Positions 45,645 through 54,772 of a stretch of DNA of 64,000 nt are shown piece by piece. The translations under genes and the position numbers were made by a program. This DNA comes from Patescibacteria group bacterium (lineage in GTDB: Bacteria; Patescibacteriota; Patescibacteriia; UBA10025; JAHIVO01). Positions within the stretch are counted from its first letter, which is position 1. Each line of letters starts with the position of its first letter. The stretch is from contig JBAZKE010000001.1 in the NCBI GenBank assembly GCA_041650915.1, forward strand, positions 119,770 through 183,769. The letters run 5' to 3'. The notes under the pieces were generated by a model. It had not been told where the DNA came from. It made no database searches and saw nothing but the letters and a program-made list of their open reading frames with translations.

Positions 45645-48179
45645 ATGAAAACGATTCGGATGGGGTATCTGCTCTTTGCGTTCCTTGCCGTCGGCGGATT
45701 GCTCATCGGCGCACAGGCCGCACGAGCAGCGGAAAATATCACGTGGGCGCAAGCTAACGAGGACGGCTTTGGCGATCCCGATCGTATGGTTGTGTATGAT
45801 TTTCAGGAATTCGACGGGATGCTCTATGCCTGCGTGGTTCATGGAGTGGCCGATTATAGCATCATGGCATACGATGGAACTGAATGGACATTAGCATCGA
45901 TAACCGGATTCGGGGACTTCAATAACAGCGATTGCTATCATATGGCCGTATTTAATGGCAACCTGTATGTGGGTACCCGGAACGACGTAACGGGCGCTGA
46001 GGTCTGGGCGTACGATGGTACCGACTGGTCCCAGGTGAATACGGACGGTTTTGGGGACGCTGCTAATTCATCCATTTGGGGCATGTATGGGGATAACGAT
46101 TATTTATATGCGACAACACTGAACCTGACAACGGGAGCGCAAATATGGGCGTATGACGGCACTGACTGGACGCAAATTGTTGCTGACGGATTCGGGACAA
46201 CCTTCACCCTATACGCAGTCCCCATGGTTACGTTTCAGGATAAGCTGTTTACAGGAACGTACAATGGGAACGGCAGCCAGCTGTGGGCGTATGACGGCAC
46301 TGACTGGACGCAAATCGGCACTGACGGATTTGGAACAACGAACATCGGGATTATCAGCCTCGCCGTGTACGAGGATCGGCTGTTTATCGGCACATACAAT
46401 CCAATAACTGGCGCTGAAATTTGGACCTATGACGGCACGAATCTGGATTCCCTGATGACGGGAGGGTTCGGGAGCGCGGACAACTGGACCGTTCTTTCGC
46501 TTGCTGAGTACCACGACCTGTTATACGCGAGCACCACGAACGAAGCGAGTGGCACTGAAGTGTGGGTGTACGAGCTTGACGAGTGGACCCAGATAAACGA
46601 TGACGGCTTCGGAAATGCATTGAATTTTCGGTGCCGCGATCTCGCGGTGTGGGAGTACGCGCTGTATGGTAGTGCAGATAATTTAGTAACCGGAGTTGAG
46701 GTATGGGTTGGCAGCGTGGATGACAGCGGCGGCCCAGTTGTATTGTCTCCATCACCGGCAGCAAATGAAATCAGCGTCGCCTCTGACGCCGATGTTTCAT
46801 TTGAAATTACCGACGCTGTTTGGGACGTTGATCTCGGGACGCTGAGCGTGGTATTTGGCGATACGGATGTGATTCTCGGAGGCGTTTTCCAAGCTGGATA
46901 CAGCGGCACGATCGAGCACAACGGCGAGAACGGGTATGTCGTAACGATTAATCCTGCTGATAGTTTTATACCCGGAGAGCTTATCAGCGTTGGTGTTGCC
47001 GCGGATGATGTCGTGGGAAATGCGATGGCCGGTGCATGGACGTTCACCATTGATCGCATCCGGCCCTCCCTCGGCATCGTCGTTACCCCCGCCTCAGCAG
47101 GCGGCCCCAACGTCCGGGTTGTGGATGATGCTGGCACCCAGATTTCCTCCTTTTTTGCCTATGACCAGTCTCTCCGCATGGGCCTGGAAGTGGAGCAGGC
47201 GGACATTGACGCGGACGGGGTGAACGAGATCGTGATTACGCCCGGTGCAGGCGTCGAATCCCGCATCAAGGCGTTTGAATTGGACGGCACGGAAATGGCA
47301 AACACACTCGCGTTCAACGAGGGCTTCACCGGCGGGGTGAACGTCGCGACCGGGGACTTTGACGGCGACCACGCGGAAGACATCGCGGTAACCCCGATCG
47401 GCGCCGGCGGCCCCAATATCCGCATCTATACGTACGATGCAACCGAAGAAGCATTTGAGCTTCTGGACTGGTTTTTTGGGTACGGCGAGGAATTCCGCGG
47501 TGGCGTGAATGTGGCAGCCGGCGACCTTGACAATGACGGTATTGACGAGCTCATCGTGACCCCCCGGGGCGCCATGTCGCCGGAGGTGAAGGTATTCCGG
47601 TACAATGCCGGCACTCAGGCATTTGACCTCGTCGACAGCGTGACCGCGTACCAGGATACGTTTTTCGGCGGGGTGCAGGTAGCCACGGGTGACGTGGATT
47701 CTGACGGCAGTGACGACATTATTGTCGCCCCGTTCCTGAATGGCGGCCCCAATATCCGCATTTACTCGCTCAACGGCTCGGATGAGCTCGAGCTGCTGGA
47801 CTGGCTCATGGCGTACGATAACAGCTACCGCGGCACGCTTTCCATGCAGGTCGGGGACACGGACGGCGATGGTTACAACGAAGTCGTCGTCGCTCCCAAG
47901 ACCTTGGGTGATTCCACGGTCAAGGTGCTGCGCTATGACGGCACTGATTTCGAAGAAGTCGATTCATTCATGGCGTATGACGAGCATTTCACGGGCGGGG
48001 TAAACCTGTTTGTGCACGACACTGACGCTGACGGTTTTGACGAGGTCATGGCGTCGCCGGCCTCCCATGGCGGCCCGAACCTGCGCGTGTACGATTACGA
48101 TTCCGATGTCGAGGTGCTCAAAGACTGGTTTTGGGTATTTCCCGAGGGTTTCCGGGGCGGAGTGAATTTTGGGAAGTAA
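45645..48179 (+). CDS. Large secreted repeat protein: N-terminal ~48-aa propeller-like repeats (WAYDGTDWTQ...DGFG) plus C-terminal FG-GAP/VCBS-like repeats
   Basis: Signal peptide MKTIRMGYLLFAFLAVGGLLIGAQAARA; seven or more N-terminal repeats; C-terminal repeats with GGPN(I/V)R(I/V)...F.AYD..FRGGVNVA.GD.D.DG.DE(I/L)(I/V)V.P. Confidence 0.7.
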   Translation: MKTIRMGYLLFAFLAVGGLLIGAQAARAAENITWAQANEDGFGDPDRMVVYDFQEFDGMLYACVVHGVADYSIMAYDGTEWTLASITGFGDFNNSDCYHMAVFNGNLYVGTRNDVTGAEVWAYDGTDWSQVNTDGFGDAANSSIWGMYGDNDYLYATTLNLTTGAQIWAYDGTDWTQIVADGFGTTFTLYAVPMVTFQDKLFTGTYNGNGSQLWAYDGTDWTQIGTDGFGTTNIGIISLAVYEDRLFIGTYNPITGAEIWTYDGTNLDSLMTGGFGSADNWTVLSLAEYHDLLYASTTNEASGTEVWVYELDEWTQINDDGFGNALNFRCRDLAVWEYALYGSADNLVTGVEVWVGSVDDSGGPVVLSPSPAANEISVASDADVSFEITDAVWDVDLGTLSVVFGDTDVILGGVFQAGYSGTIEHNGENGYVVTINPADSFIPGELISVGVAADDVVGNAMAGAWTFTIDRIRPSLGIVVTPASAGGPNVRVVDDAGTQISSFFAYDQSLRMGLEVEQADIDADGVNEIVITPGAGVESRIKAFELDGTEMANTLAFNEGFTGGVNVATGDFDGDHAEDIAVTPIGAGGPNIRIYTYDATEEAFELLDWFFGYGEEFRGGVNVAAGDLDNDGIDELIVTPRGAMSPEVKVFRYNAGTQAFDLVDSVTAYQDTFFGGVQVATGDVDSDGSDDIIVAPFLNGGPNIRIYSLNGSDELELLDWLMAYDNSYRGTLSMQVGDTDGDGYNEVVVAPKTLGDSTVKVLRYDGTDFEEVDSFMAYDEHFTGGVNLFVHDTDADGFDEVMASPASHGGPNLRVYDYDSDVEVLKDWFWVFPEGFRGGVNFGK

Positions 48180-48244
48180 ATTGGTTCAAATGAAAAAGAG
48201 GACGTCCGGAATGGGGCGCCCTCTTGATAAGATGCTTCTTCAAT

Positions 48245-48769
48245 CTATCGCGGCCACTTCGCCGTGAAGTAGTCAATCGCGAGCCTGAGGGCAGGCAGCT
48301 GATGGGGAATGAGATTCGGCGGGAGATTATCCACGTCGTAGAATGCGCCGACCGTTGGTTCCCTGTCAGCCGTGCAGAGATAGATAATCTCCACGGTCTT
48401 GCCACGAGGGGTATCAATGAGCAGCGGCGGTTCATTGCCGTATCCCACGTAGTGGGCGTCAACGAGTTTCGCGTTAAGCTCATTATTGAAGATGCGTTGT
48501 ATTGCATCCTCAAAAGTGCTGTCGGTTTCCCTGACAACGCTGCCGGTAAAGTGCAGCTGGCCCCTGAAGTCGGGATCGGTGGCGTCCCGTTCAATCAGAT
48601 GGACCAGGATGTTGCCATCCACACGCTTGAGGAGGATCACCTCCACCGAAGCGTATGGGATTTTTGTTACCATGGCTCGAAACACGGAATAGGGCCACGG
48701 CTGTGGCAGGCGTTCGAGCAGTTCGACGAGCGTGCGCTCGTCATCAGGCGTCCAGGAAGTAGTGGTCAT
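48245..48769 (-). CDS. Hypothetical protein (possible degenerate NUDIX-like fold)
   Basis: GGAGGG RBS 8 nt upstream of ATG; GQLHFTGSVVRETDSTFEDAIQRIFNNELN loosely Nudix-box-like but lacking RE-EE core. Confidence 0.5.
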   Translation of the reverse strand: MTTTSWTPDDERTLVELLERLPQPWPYSVFRAMVTKIPYASVEVILLKRVDGNILVHLIERDATDPDFRGQLHFTGSVVRETDSTFEDAIQRIFNNELNAKLVDAHYVGYGNEPPLLIDTPRGKTVEIIYLCTADREPTVGAFYDVDNLPPNLIPHQLPALRLAIDYFTAKWPR

Positions 48770-48972
48770 GAAGTTGACCCTCCATAGGCGCTTCCTTCCC
48801 CTGGAAAGAGGTCGCGGGTTGCGTAACTCTAGCCTCGAATAGAAGGAGGTATTAATAGAGTGTTCTTATAAAAAAGAACTAGGCATGATAGCTTATGCGG
48901 GGCGGTTTGTCAAGCCCAGGCGAAACACGGGACGTGGTATACTGAAGAAAAGATTTTTTAACCATGCTCACT

Positions 48973-49221
48973 ATGGCAGGAAAAGAGTATCTCAAAACAA
49001 TGCTGCAGCTCGCGACAACGGCGTTCGGGCTCGTCGCGGCACTCGCCTGGAACGAAGCAATTAAGGCGCTGTTCCAGGAAGTATTCGGCTCAACGTCGAA
49101 TATTATCGGTTTATTCGTCTATGCGATTGCCGTCACGGTAATCGTTGTGGCTGTTACAACGAGGCTCGCAAAACTAGCGGAAAAAGCGGGCATTCAAGAG
49201 CAAAAAAACAGCAGCAAGTAA
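48973..49221 (+). CDS. Hypothetical small 2-TM membrane protein
   Basis: MAGKEYLKTMLQLATTAFGLVAALAWNEAIKALF...IGLFVYAIAVTVIVVAVTT; extended -10 TGgTATACT promoter at 48938-48946. Confidence 0.5.
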   Translation: MAGKEYLKTMLQLATTAFGLVAALAWNEAIKALFQEVFGSTSNIIGLFVYAIAVTVIVVAVTTRLAKLAEKAGIQEQKNSSK

Positions 49222-49345
49222 TTCTTGGGGAATTTCATTATTCTCTCTTGACAGAGATGCCTTTGTAGTGTACGATGCGGAGCTCGTTCGTATTACTGTT
49301 CTTTGTGAAAACTGCGTTATACGCAATAGCACAAGAGGTGTTGAG

Positions 49346-50266
49346 ATGGGGTTAATGCAGATTGTAGTCAAGGGAGAGCCCATCGTTCTTGACTTAGGCG
49401 AACCGATCCATGTTGGCGCGTTAGATCGCGCTCATCGTATTCTCGATGAACGCATGCCCGAGCTTTTTAATCGTTTACCTGCGGACCACATGTGGCGCAA
49501 GAAGCTGCAGCATGTGGTCGTGACGCCGGAGCTCGTCCATCCAATAATCGCCAGTTTTCGAGGCGAATTGAGCAATGAGCTGTTTCAGCTGTTGGTCTTC
49601 ATCTACCGGGCCCATGATATCGGGAGAGCGATTGAAGCGCTGAAAAAACTCGGCTCGCTGCCCGGTGATTATCGGCAATTCGAGCACCACGGTGAAGAAT
49701 CAGTGAATCTATTGCAGGAGTGGGGAGTGATTGATGGGACCCTTTCGGCGGGAGCATGGGAAGTCGCCCAGTACGCGATTCTCCACCACTTCGGCGCATG
49801 GACACCGACCCTTCCGGAGTCGCCTGAGTACCTCGATAACGTAAAGTACTTCGTGACGGTCTTGCTCCGCGATATCGACAAGTTGAGCACGTTCAAGGAG
49901 ACTACGGCGCAGTATCTCTACCTGCGCTGGAAGAAGGAGCGGGAGATTGCGATGCACGGGATACCCGAGCGTCATGCGGTCATCCCCGCCTCGTTTCTGT
50001 CGACGTTTGAGCGACGGGAAGTTCCGGACTTCCATGGTGTGAAACGGCGCAATGAGGAGCGTTCATATGAGGGGTACATGCTGTACTTCTTAGCATGGCT
50101 CTTCGATGTGAATCTGGCGCGCGTCATGGCAGAGATTGTCGAATCGAATGCGATACGGTGGCTGCTGCAGTACTTCAGTGAGCAGCTGCCGGAAACGGAC
50201 TTCGGGCGAATCAAGAGGACGGTCAGGGAGTACCTTTCCGGATATGGAATTGCGGTCGACGAGTAG
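49346..50266 (+). CDS. Hypothetical protein, 306 aa, no recognisable domain
   Basis: GAGGTG RBS before ATG 49346; ORF with uniform coding character; upstream 26 codons of the tracked ORF lack RBS. Confidence 0.55.
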   Translation: MGLMQIVVKGEPIVLDLGEPIHVGALDRAHRILDERMPELFNRLPADHMWRKKLQHVVVTPELVHPIIASFRGELSNELFQLLVFIYRAHDIGRAIEALKKLGSLPGDYRQFEHHGEESVNLLQEWGVIDGTLSAGAWEVAQYAILHHFGAWTPTLPESPEYLDNVKYFVTVLLRDIDKLSTFKETTAQYLYLRWKKEREIAMHGIPERHAVIPASFLSTFERREVPDFHGVKRRNEERSYEGYMLYFLAWLFDVNLARVMAEIVESNAIRWLLQYFSEQLPETDFGRIKRTVREYLSGYGIAVDE

Positions 50267-50295
50267 TTGAACGCAGTCCAACGAGGAGTAGCGTT

Positions 50296-50330
50296 AGCGG
50301 CTGAGGTTTTTTGCTCCAGCCGCTTTTTTA
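50296..50330 (+). terminator. Rho-independent terminator
   Basis: agcggctg / cagccgct 8-bp stem with 13-nt loop followed by TTTTTT. Confidence 0.6.
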
Positions 50331-50389
50331 TTGTGGAGAAGTTTGTTATACTGGAATTAGCAATAATAAACTAACTAGGGGAGCAGGTT

Positions 50390-50878
50390 ATGCGTATGAA
50401 AAAAGCATTACTCATCGCTGCGGTTTTCGTGCTCGCCGTTACGCTGAGTGCGTGCGGTGAAAAAGCTGCCGAGACGCTCATTGAAAGCTCGACGAACGAA
50501 AGCGCGGACGTTGATATTGACGATGACAGCCTTTCGATCAACACGAACGGCAGCTCGATGCAGTTCGGGGATGCGGCGAGTGTACCTGATAATTTTCCGT
50601 CAGATGTTTACGTGATAAGCGGAACGGTGCTGTCATCGCTCACGATCGATGAGACGGACGGGTTCCAGGTGGGAATTGAAACGGACGATTCAGTTGCGGA
50701 CGTGAAAGCTGAGTACCAGTCGCAGCTCACCGATGACGGCTGGGAGATCACTGCTACTCTCGACGTCGGGGACGGCATGACCATGACCGGCGAGAAGGAA
50801 AACCGTTATGTGACCGTTTCGGCGAATGTCGTCGATGACAAGACGAACGTCACTATCATTACCGGTTCAAACGAGTAG
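50390..50878 (+). CDS. Hypothetical lipoprotein
   Basis: Signal peptide with lipobox LSAC (MRMKKALLIAAVFVLAVTLSACGEK); acidic Asp/Thr-rich mature region. Confidence 0.6.
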   Translation: MRMKKALLIAAVFVLAVTLSACGEKAAETLIESSTNESADVDIDDDSLSINTNGSSMQFGDAASVPDNFPSDVYVISGTVLSSLTIDETDGFQVGIETDDSVADVKAEYQSQLTDDGWEITATLDVGDGMTMTGEKENRYVTVSANVVDDKTNVTIITGSNE

Positions 50879-50999
50879 GTTTTCCAAAAACAGGAAAGAA
50901 TATACTCTACCCCCGAATTTTTTCGGGGGTAGTTTTCTATTGAAAGAACGTTCAATTTATGCTATAATGTAGATACAAATCAAAATAAAAAACAAAAAA

Positions 51000-51230
51000 A
51001 TGAAAGAAAAGTTTATATCCGCCGGGATTGTAAGCTTACTGATTGGAGTAGGAGCTTTTTTGATTAGCATTTCCGGATCAGCCGCACAGGGTGAGGTACA
51101 GGCTGCCGCTGATTTTACCATTACCGTTACTGGCAGAGTGATGCTGTCGGACGGCGAAGACGAAGTGCTCGTCATGCCCCGTTCAGGTGGCGGCCCCAAC
51201 GTCAGGATCATTGAGCCGGGGGATATTTAG
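51000..51230 (+). CDS. Small ORF: signal peptide + C-terminal FG-GAP fragment duplicated from end of downstream gene
   Basis: Last 22 aa (DGEDEVLVMPRSGGGPNVRIIE) and 66 nt (51150-51215) nearly identical to 3' end of 51246-53978 gene. Confidence 0.4.
   Translation: MKEKFISAGIVSLLIGVGAFLISISGSAAQGEVQAAADFTITVTGRVMLSDGEDEVLVMPRSGGGPNVRIIEPGDI
51150..51215 (+). repeat. Direct repeat copy 1 (66 nt, 61/66 identical to 53899-53964)
   Basis: gacggcgaagacgaagtgctcgtcatgccccgttcaggtggcggccccaacgtcaggatcattgag. Confidence 0.8.
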
Positions 51231-51245
51231 AAATAACATAAAAAT

Positions 51246-53978
51246 ATGAGTAAACATTTTGCATCCTCTTTGATTGTTATTTTTTCTTGCACGATTGTCA
51301 TACTCTTTTTTTCCACATTAGCAATTGATGTGGAAGCAGTGACTGAATCAACGCTACCTATTATTACAGTTACGGGGACATTATACGGGTATGATGATAC
51401 CCCTGTAAATAGGGGCGTAACAGTGATGCTCTATGTTGGACGAGATAATAGTCCTTATAATGAACAATTTCAAATAGGGCAGGGAGATACGGTAAGTAAT
51501 GAGGGTGATTTTTCGGTTACCTCGTGGGATTGGGGATCGTTGGGGGGTTACTTTGAGGGTGGCACCGATCCGTACACTCCAGAGCAGCTCGCAGCATACG
51601 ATCCAGAGACATACCACGTGTACGTTACTTTCATTGGTGAGAGTAAGCAGATGATTCGTGATGTAAATGGTGATTTTAAAAAGCAGCATCGGCCTGATCG
51701 AATTGATCTTGGGATCGTAACCAGCAATAAAACATTTAAACTTGGGGATATTAGTTTTCGAGAACCAAACGTGTATGGGCGAATTCTGACGGATGATGGA
51801 ATCTACACTGCTGAGACGAGAATGTTGATCACTCCAAAGGGAGAAGAAGCAACATATGATGACCAGATGATTAGTGATATCATGGGTTTTTGGATGTATC
51901 GTGAGCCAGGTGAGTACACGGTGAAGCTCTATGATGAGTATGATGAGTGGGCAGGAGGATTTCAGCCCGCAATAACGGAATCAAATTTAATGCGCACCTT
52001 TGACATAACTATAGGTCAAAATGGTATTCAGTCTGCAGATTTTTTTGAAAATGATAATCACCTTGATGAAGAAGGATACATCGCAATACCGCAAGGTGTT
52101 GTTTCGCCATCAATTGATTCTCTGCTAGCAGAAATAAATACAACTACACTTTCAAAAGACACTGTCGGCCTCAACGTTCACCTCGCCATCACGAGCGGAG
52201 CAGGCTATGACGCCTCAATGATTGAAGCGTTGACGGAGTCTGAAACGCGGTGGGTCCGGGAACGTTTTGACATCGAATCATACGCTCAGCCGTCGGTACC
52301 AGAGCGCTATGAAGAGGTGCGCAATTTGTACCGGGACAACGGGATGAATATTGTTGGAATGATCGCCGGAGGCGTTGACCAGCTTCCAAGCATTGATGGC
52401 TGGAAAGAGTTTGTAACCGAAGTAGTTACCGCCCACAAAGACTACATCAAGGTGTGGGAAATGTGGAATGAGCCGGATCTGGAAAAGTATTTTTTACCGA
52501 ATACTGTTGCCGCCTACATTCCATATCTCAAGGCCGGATACGAGGCGGTTAAAGCGGTCGATCCTGATGCGCTTGTCTTGCATGCGCCGCTTTCATGGCC
52601 AAACGCCTCATTCCTCGAGGGTTTGTACCAGCAGGCAGGGGATTATTTTGACGAACCGTCTTTCCATGTGTACTACTGTGATCGATATAAAGCAGACGGT
52701 AACCTGGATTCGCTGCAGCGCGACTTCGCAAGCGCACTTGCCGTCGTGAACAAGTACCGCTCGTCGGATAAAATCTGGATTACCGAGCTTGGGTGCTCGA
52801 CCTATAGTGATTACTCGGAAGATTTTCAGAATCAGTACCTACAAGCAGCGGTACCATATTTACTCTCGACAAACGAAGTTGAAAAAGTATTATTGTTTAA
52901 TGTTATTGATAGAAACACTGGCGATGCATATGAGGATGATTTTGGTTTACTGAAAACAGATTTTTCTGCAAAACCTGCGTGGGAATGGTATATGACTTTT
53001 CAGGCAGGGACTTCAGTTTCAAATCAATACACCGCCCCCGTCGCCTCCGGCACATCCTTTTTCGCGTACGCCCAATCCCTCCGGGGCGGGTACCAGCTCA
53101 CGTCAGGGAACGTCTTGGGTTCCGATGCTGCCGAGATCATCACCGGCACGGGCGACGGCATGGGCCCCCACGTACAGGTATTTGACGCAAACGGCAACAA
53201 GAAAGCCCAGTTTTTCGCGTACGACCAGTCCCTTCGCAATGGCGTCACGGTCTCAGCCTGCGACGTGAACGGTGACGGCTACGACGAGATCGTCACTGCC
53301 CAGGGCACGGGAGGCTGGCCTGTAGTAAGGATCTTTGATTCAGGCGGCACCCAGGTAGCCGATGAGTTCTACGTTCTGGACGGCAAATACACGGGCGGCG
53401 TCCACCTCTCGTGCGGCGATACGGACGGCGACGGTACCTCCGAGATCGTGGTTGCTGCCCGCCAGGGCGGCGGCCCCCACGTACTGGTGTACAGCATGGA
53501 AGGCAAAATCCTCACCAATTTCATGGCATACGACCCCAACTTCAGAGGGGGCATCAACATCACCACCATTGACATGGACGGGGACGGCAAGGATGAGATC
53601 GTGACCGGACCCCAGTGGGGCGCCCCCCATGTCCAGATATTCCAAATCAGGCCCAATGAGCTCAAACGGCTCTCCCCCGGGTTCTACGCGTTCAACACCG
53701 ACTACCGCGGCGGGGTGCAGGTTGCCGGGCTTGATACGGACGGCGACGGCACCAAGGAGCTCATTGTCGGTGTCGGCGACAACGCCACGCCTTTAGTCCG
53801 CCGCTACAACATCCGCGAAGAACTCCAGCAGGAATTCTTCGCCTTCGGCACCAATTACCTTGGCGGCGTCATGGTCGCAGGCGGCGATATTGATGCTGAC
53901 GGCAAAGACGAAGTGCTCGTCATGCCCCGTTCAGGTGGCGGGCCCAATGTCCGGATCATTGAAACATCCGAAATATGA
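51246..53978 (+). CDS. Secreted clan GH-A (GH5/GH39-like) glycoside hydrolase domain fused to C-terminal FG-GAP repeats
   Basis: Signal peptide; WEMWNEPD (acid/base NEP motif) and ITELGCST (nucleophile TELG motif) of clan GH-A TIM barrels; C-terminal repeats FFAYDQSLRNGV...GGPHV... homologous to 45645-48179 C-terminus. Confidence 0.65.
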   Translation: MSKHFASSLIVIFSCTIVILFFSTLAIDVEAVTESTLPIITVTGTLYGYDDTPVNRGVTVMLYVGRDNSPYNEQFQIGQGDTVSNEGDFSVTSWDWGSLGGYFEGGTDPYTPEQLAAYDPETYHVYVTFIGESKQMIRDVNGDFKKQHRPDRIDLGIVTSNKTFKLGDISFREPNVYGRILTDDGIYTAETRMLITPKGEEATYDDQMISDIMGFWMYREPGEYTVKLYDEYDEWAGGFQPAITESNLMRTFDITIGQNGIQSADFFENDNHLDEEGYIAIPQGVVSPSIDSLLAEINTTTLSKDTVGLNVHLAITSGAGYDASMIEALTESETRWVRERFDIESYAQPSVPERYEEVRNLYRDNGMNIVGMIAGGVDQLPSIDGWKEFVTEVVTAHKDYIKVWEMWNEPDLEKYFLPNTVAAYIPYLKAGYEAVKAVDPDALVLHAPLSWPNASFLEGLYQQAGDYFDEPSFHVYYCDRYKADGNLDSLQRDFASALAVVNKYRSSDKIWITELGCSTYSDYSEDFQNQYLQAAVPYLLSTNEVEKVLLFNVIDRNTGDAYEDDFGLLKTDFSAKPAWEWYMTFQAGTSVSNQYTAPVASGTSFFAYAQSLRGGYQLTSGNVLGSDAAEIITGTGDGMGPHVQVFDANGNKKAQFFAYDQSLRNGVTVSACDVNGDGYDEIVTAQGTGGWPVVRIFDSGGTQVADEFYVLDGKYTGGVHLSCGDTDGDGTSEIVVAARQGGGPHVLVYSMEGKILTNFMAYDPNFRGGINITTIDMDGDGKDEIVTGPQWGAPHVQIFQIRPNELKRLSPGFYAFNTDYRGGVQVAGLDTDGDGTKELIVGVGDNATPLVRRYNIREELQQEFFAFGTNYLGGVMVAGGDIDADGKDEVLVMPRSGGGPNVRIIETSEI
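53899..53964 (+). repeat. Direct repeat copy 2 (66 nt)
   Basis: gacggcaaagacgaagtgctcgtcatgccccgttcaggtggcgggcccaatgtccggatcattgaa. Confidence 0.8.
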
Positions 53979-54769
53979 TTGAAGGCGTGCCATACGGTCC
54001 AATCCTCGCTCTCGCGTTTATATCCGGAATCACGACAATAATCGGCGTGGCGTTCGCGTACCTGTGCAGGCGGAGCTCCACTATCATCGTGGCGGGCATC
54101 GGTTTTTCAACTGGCATTATGGTGCTTATTTCAGTTTTTGAGCTCCTTCCGGAGGCGGCCAGCGAATCGGGCATTGCCGCAACGTTGTTTGCTGTAGCTC
54201 TTGGGGTTGGGCTTGCGATTCTGCTTAACCATATTATTCCGCATACCCACCTCATACGCGAGGGACGCCGTCCACACAGCGGGATGGGCCGGTGCCATGA
54301 ACCGCCCGGGAGGGGCCGCCACCGGATGGTCGTCGCCGCGTATATGATTGCACTCGGGCTCGTGCTGCACGATGTGCCTGAGGGATTTGCAATGGCTAAC
54401 TCGTATATCCACGCTCCCAACCTGGGAATCCTCGTCGCGATTGCGATAGCGCTCCACAATATTCCGGAAGAATTTGCCATGGCGATACCGCTCATCGCTG
54501 CGGGGAAGAGCCGGTCATCGGTTTTTAAAATCGGTTTTATATCAGGATTAGCCGAACCCGCCGGGGCGCTGCTCGGGCTCGTCGCTGTTCAATTAATGAG
54601 TGGCATCAATGCATACCTGCTCGGAGCGACAGCCGGAATCATGATCTACATATCTCTCCATGAACTGTGGCCAATGGCACATAGCTATAAAAAACCAGGG
54701 CTCCTCGCGATGGGCATGCTCGGAAGCGTGGCTGTGTTTGTTGCCCTAACCCTGCTCCTGCCGGAGTAG
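53975..54769 (+). CDS. zupT: ZIP-family zinc/metal transporter (ZupT-like)
   Basis: HDVPEGFAMA and HNIPEEFAMA motifs, 8 TM, His-rich loop; ATGA overlap with upstream gene. Confidence 0.8.
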   Translation: MIEGVPYGPILALAFISGITTIIGVAFAYLCRRSSTIIVAGIGFSTGIMVLISVFELLPEAASESGIAATLFAVALGVGLAILLNHIIPHTHLIREGRRPHSGMGRCHEPPGRGRHRMVVAAYMIALGLVLHDVPEGFAMANSYIHAPNLGILVAIAIALHNIPEEFAMAIPLIAAGKSRSSVFKIGFISGLAEPAGALLGLVAVQLMSGINAYLLGATAGIMIYISLHELWPMAHSYKKPGLLAMGMLGSVAVFVALTLLLPE

Positions 54770-54772
54770 TGT

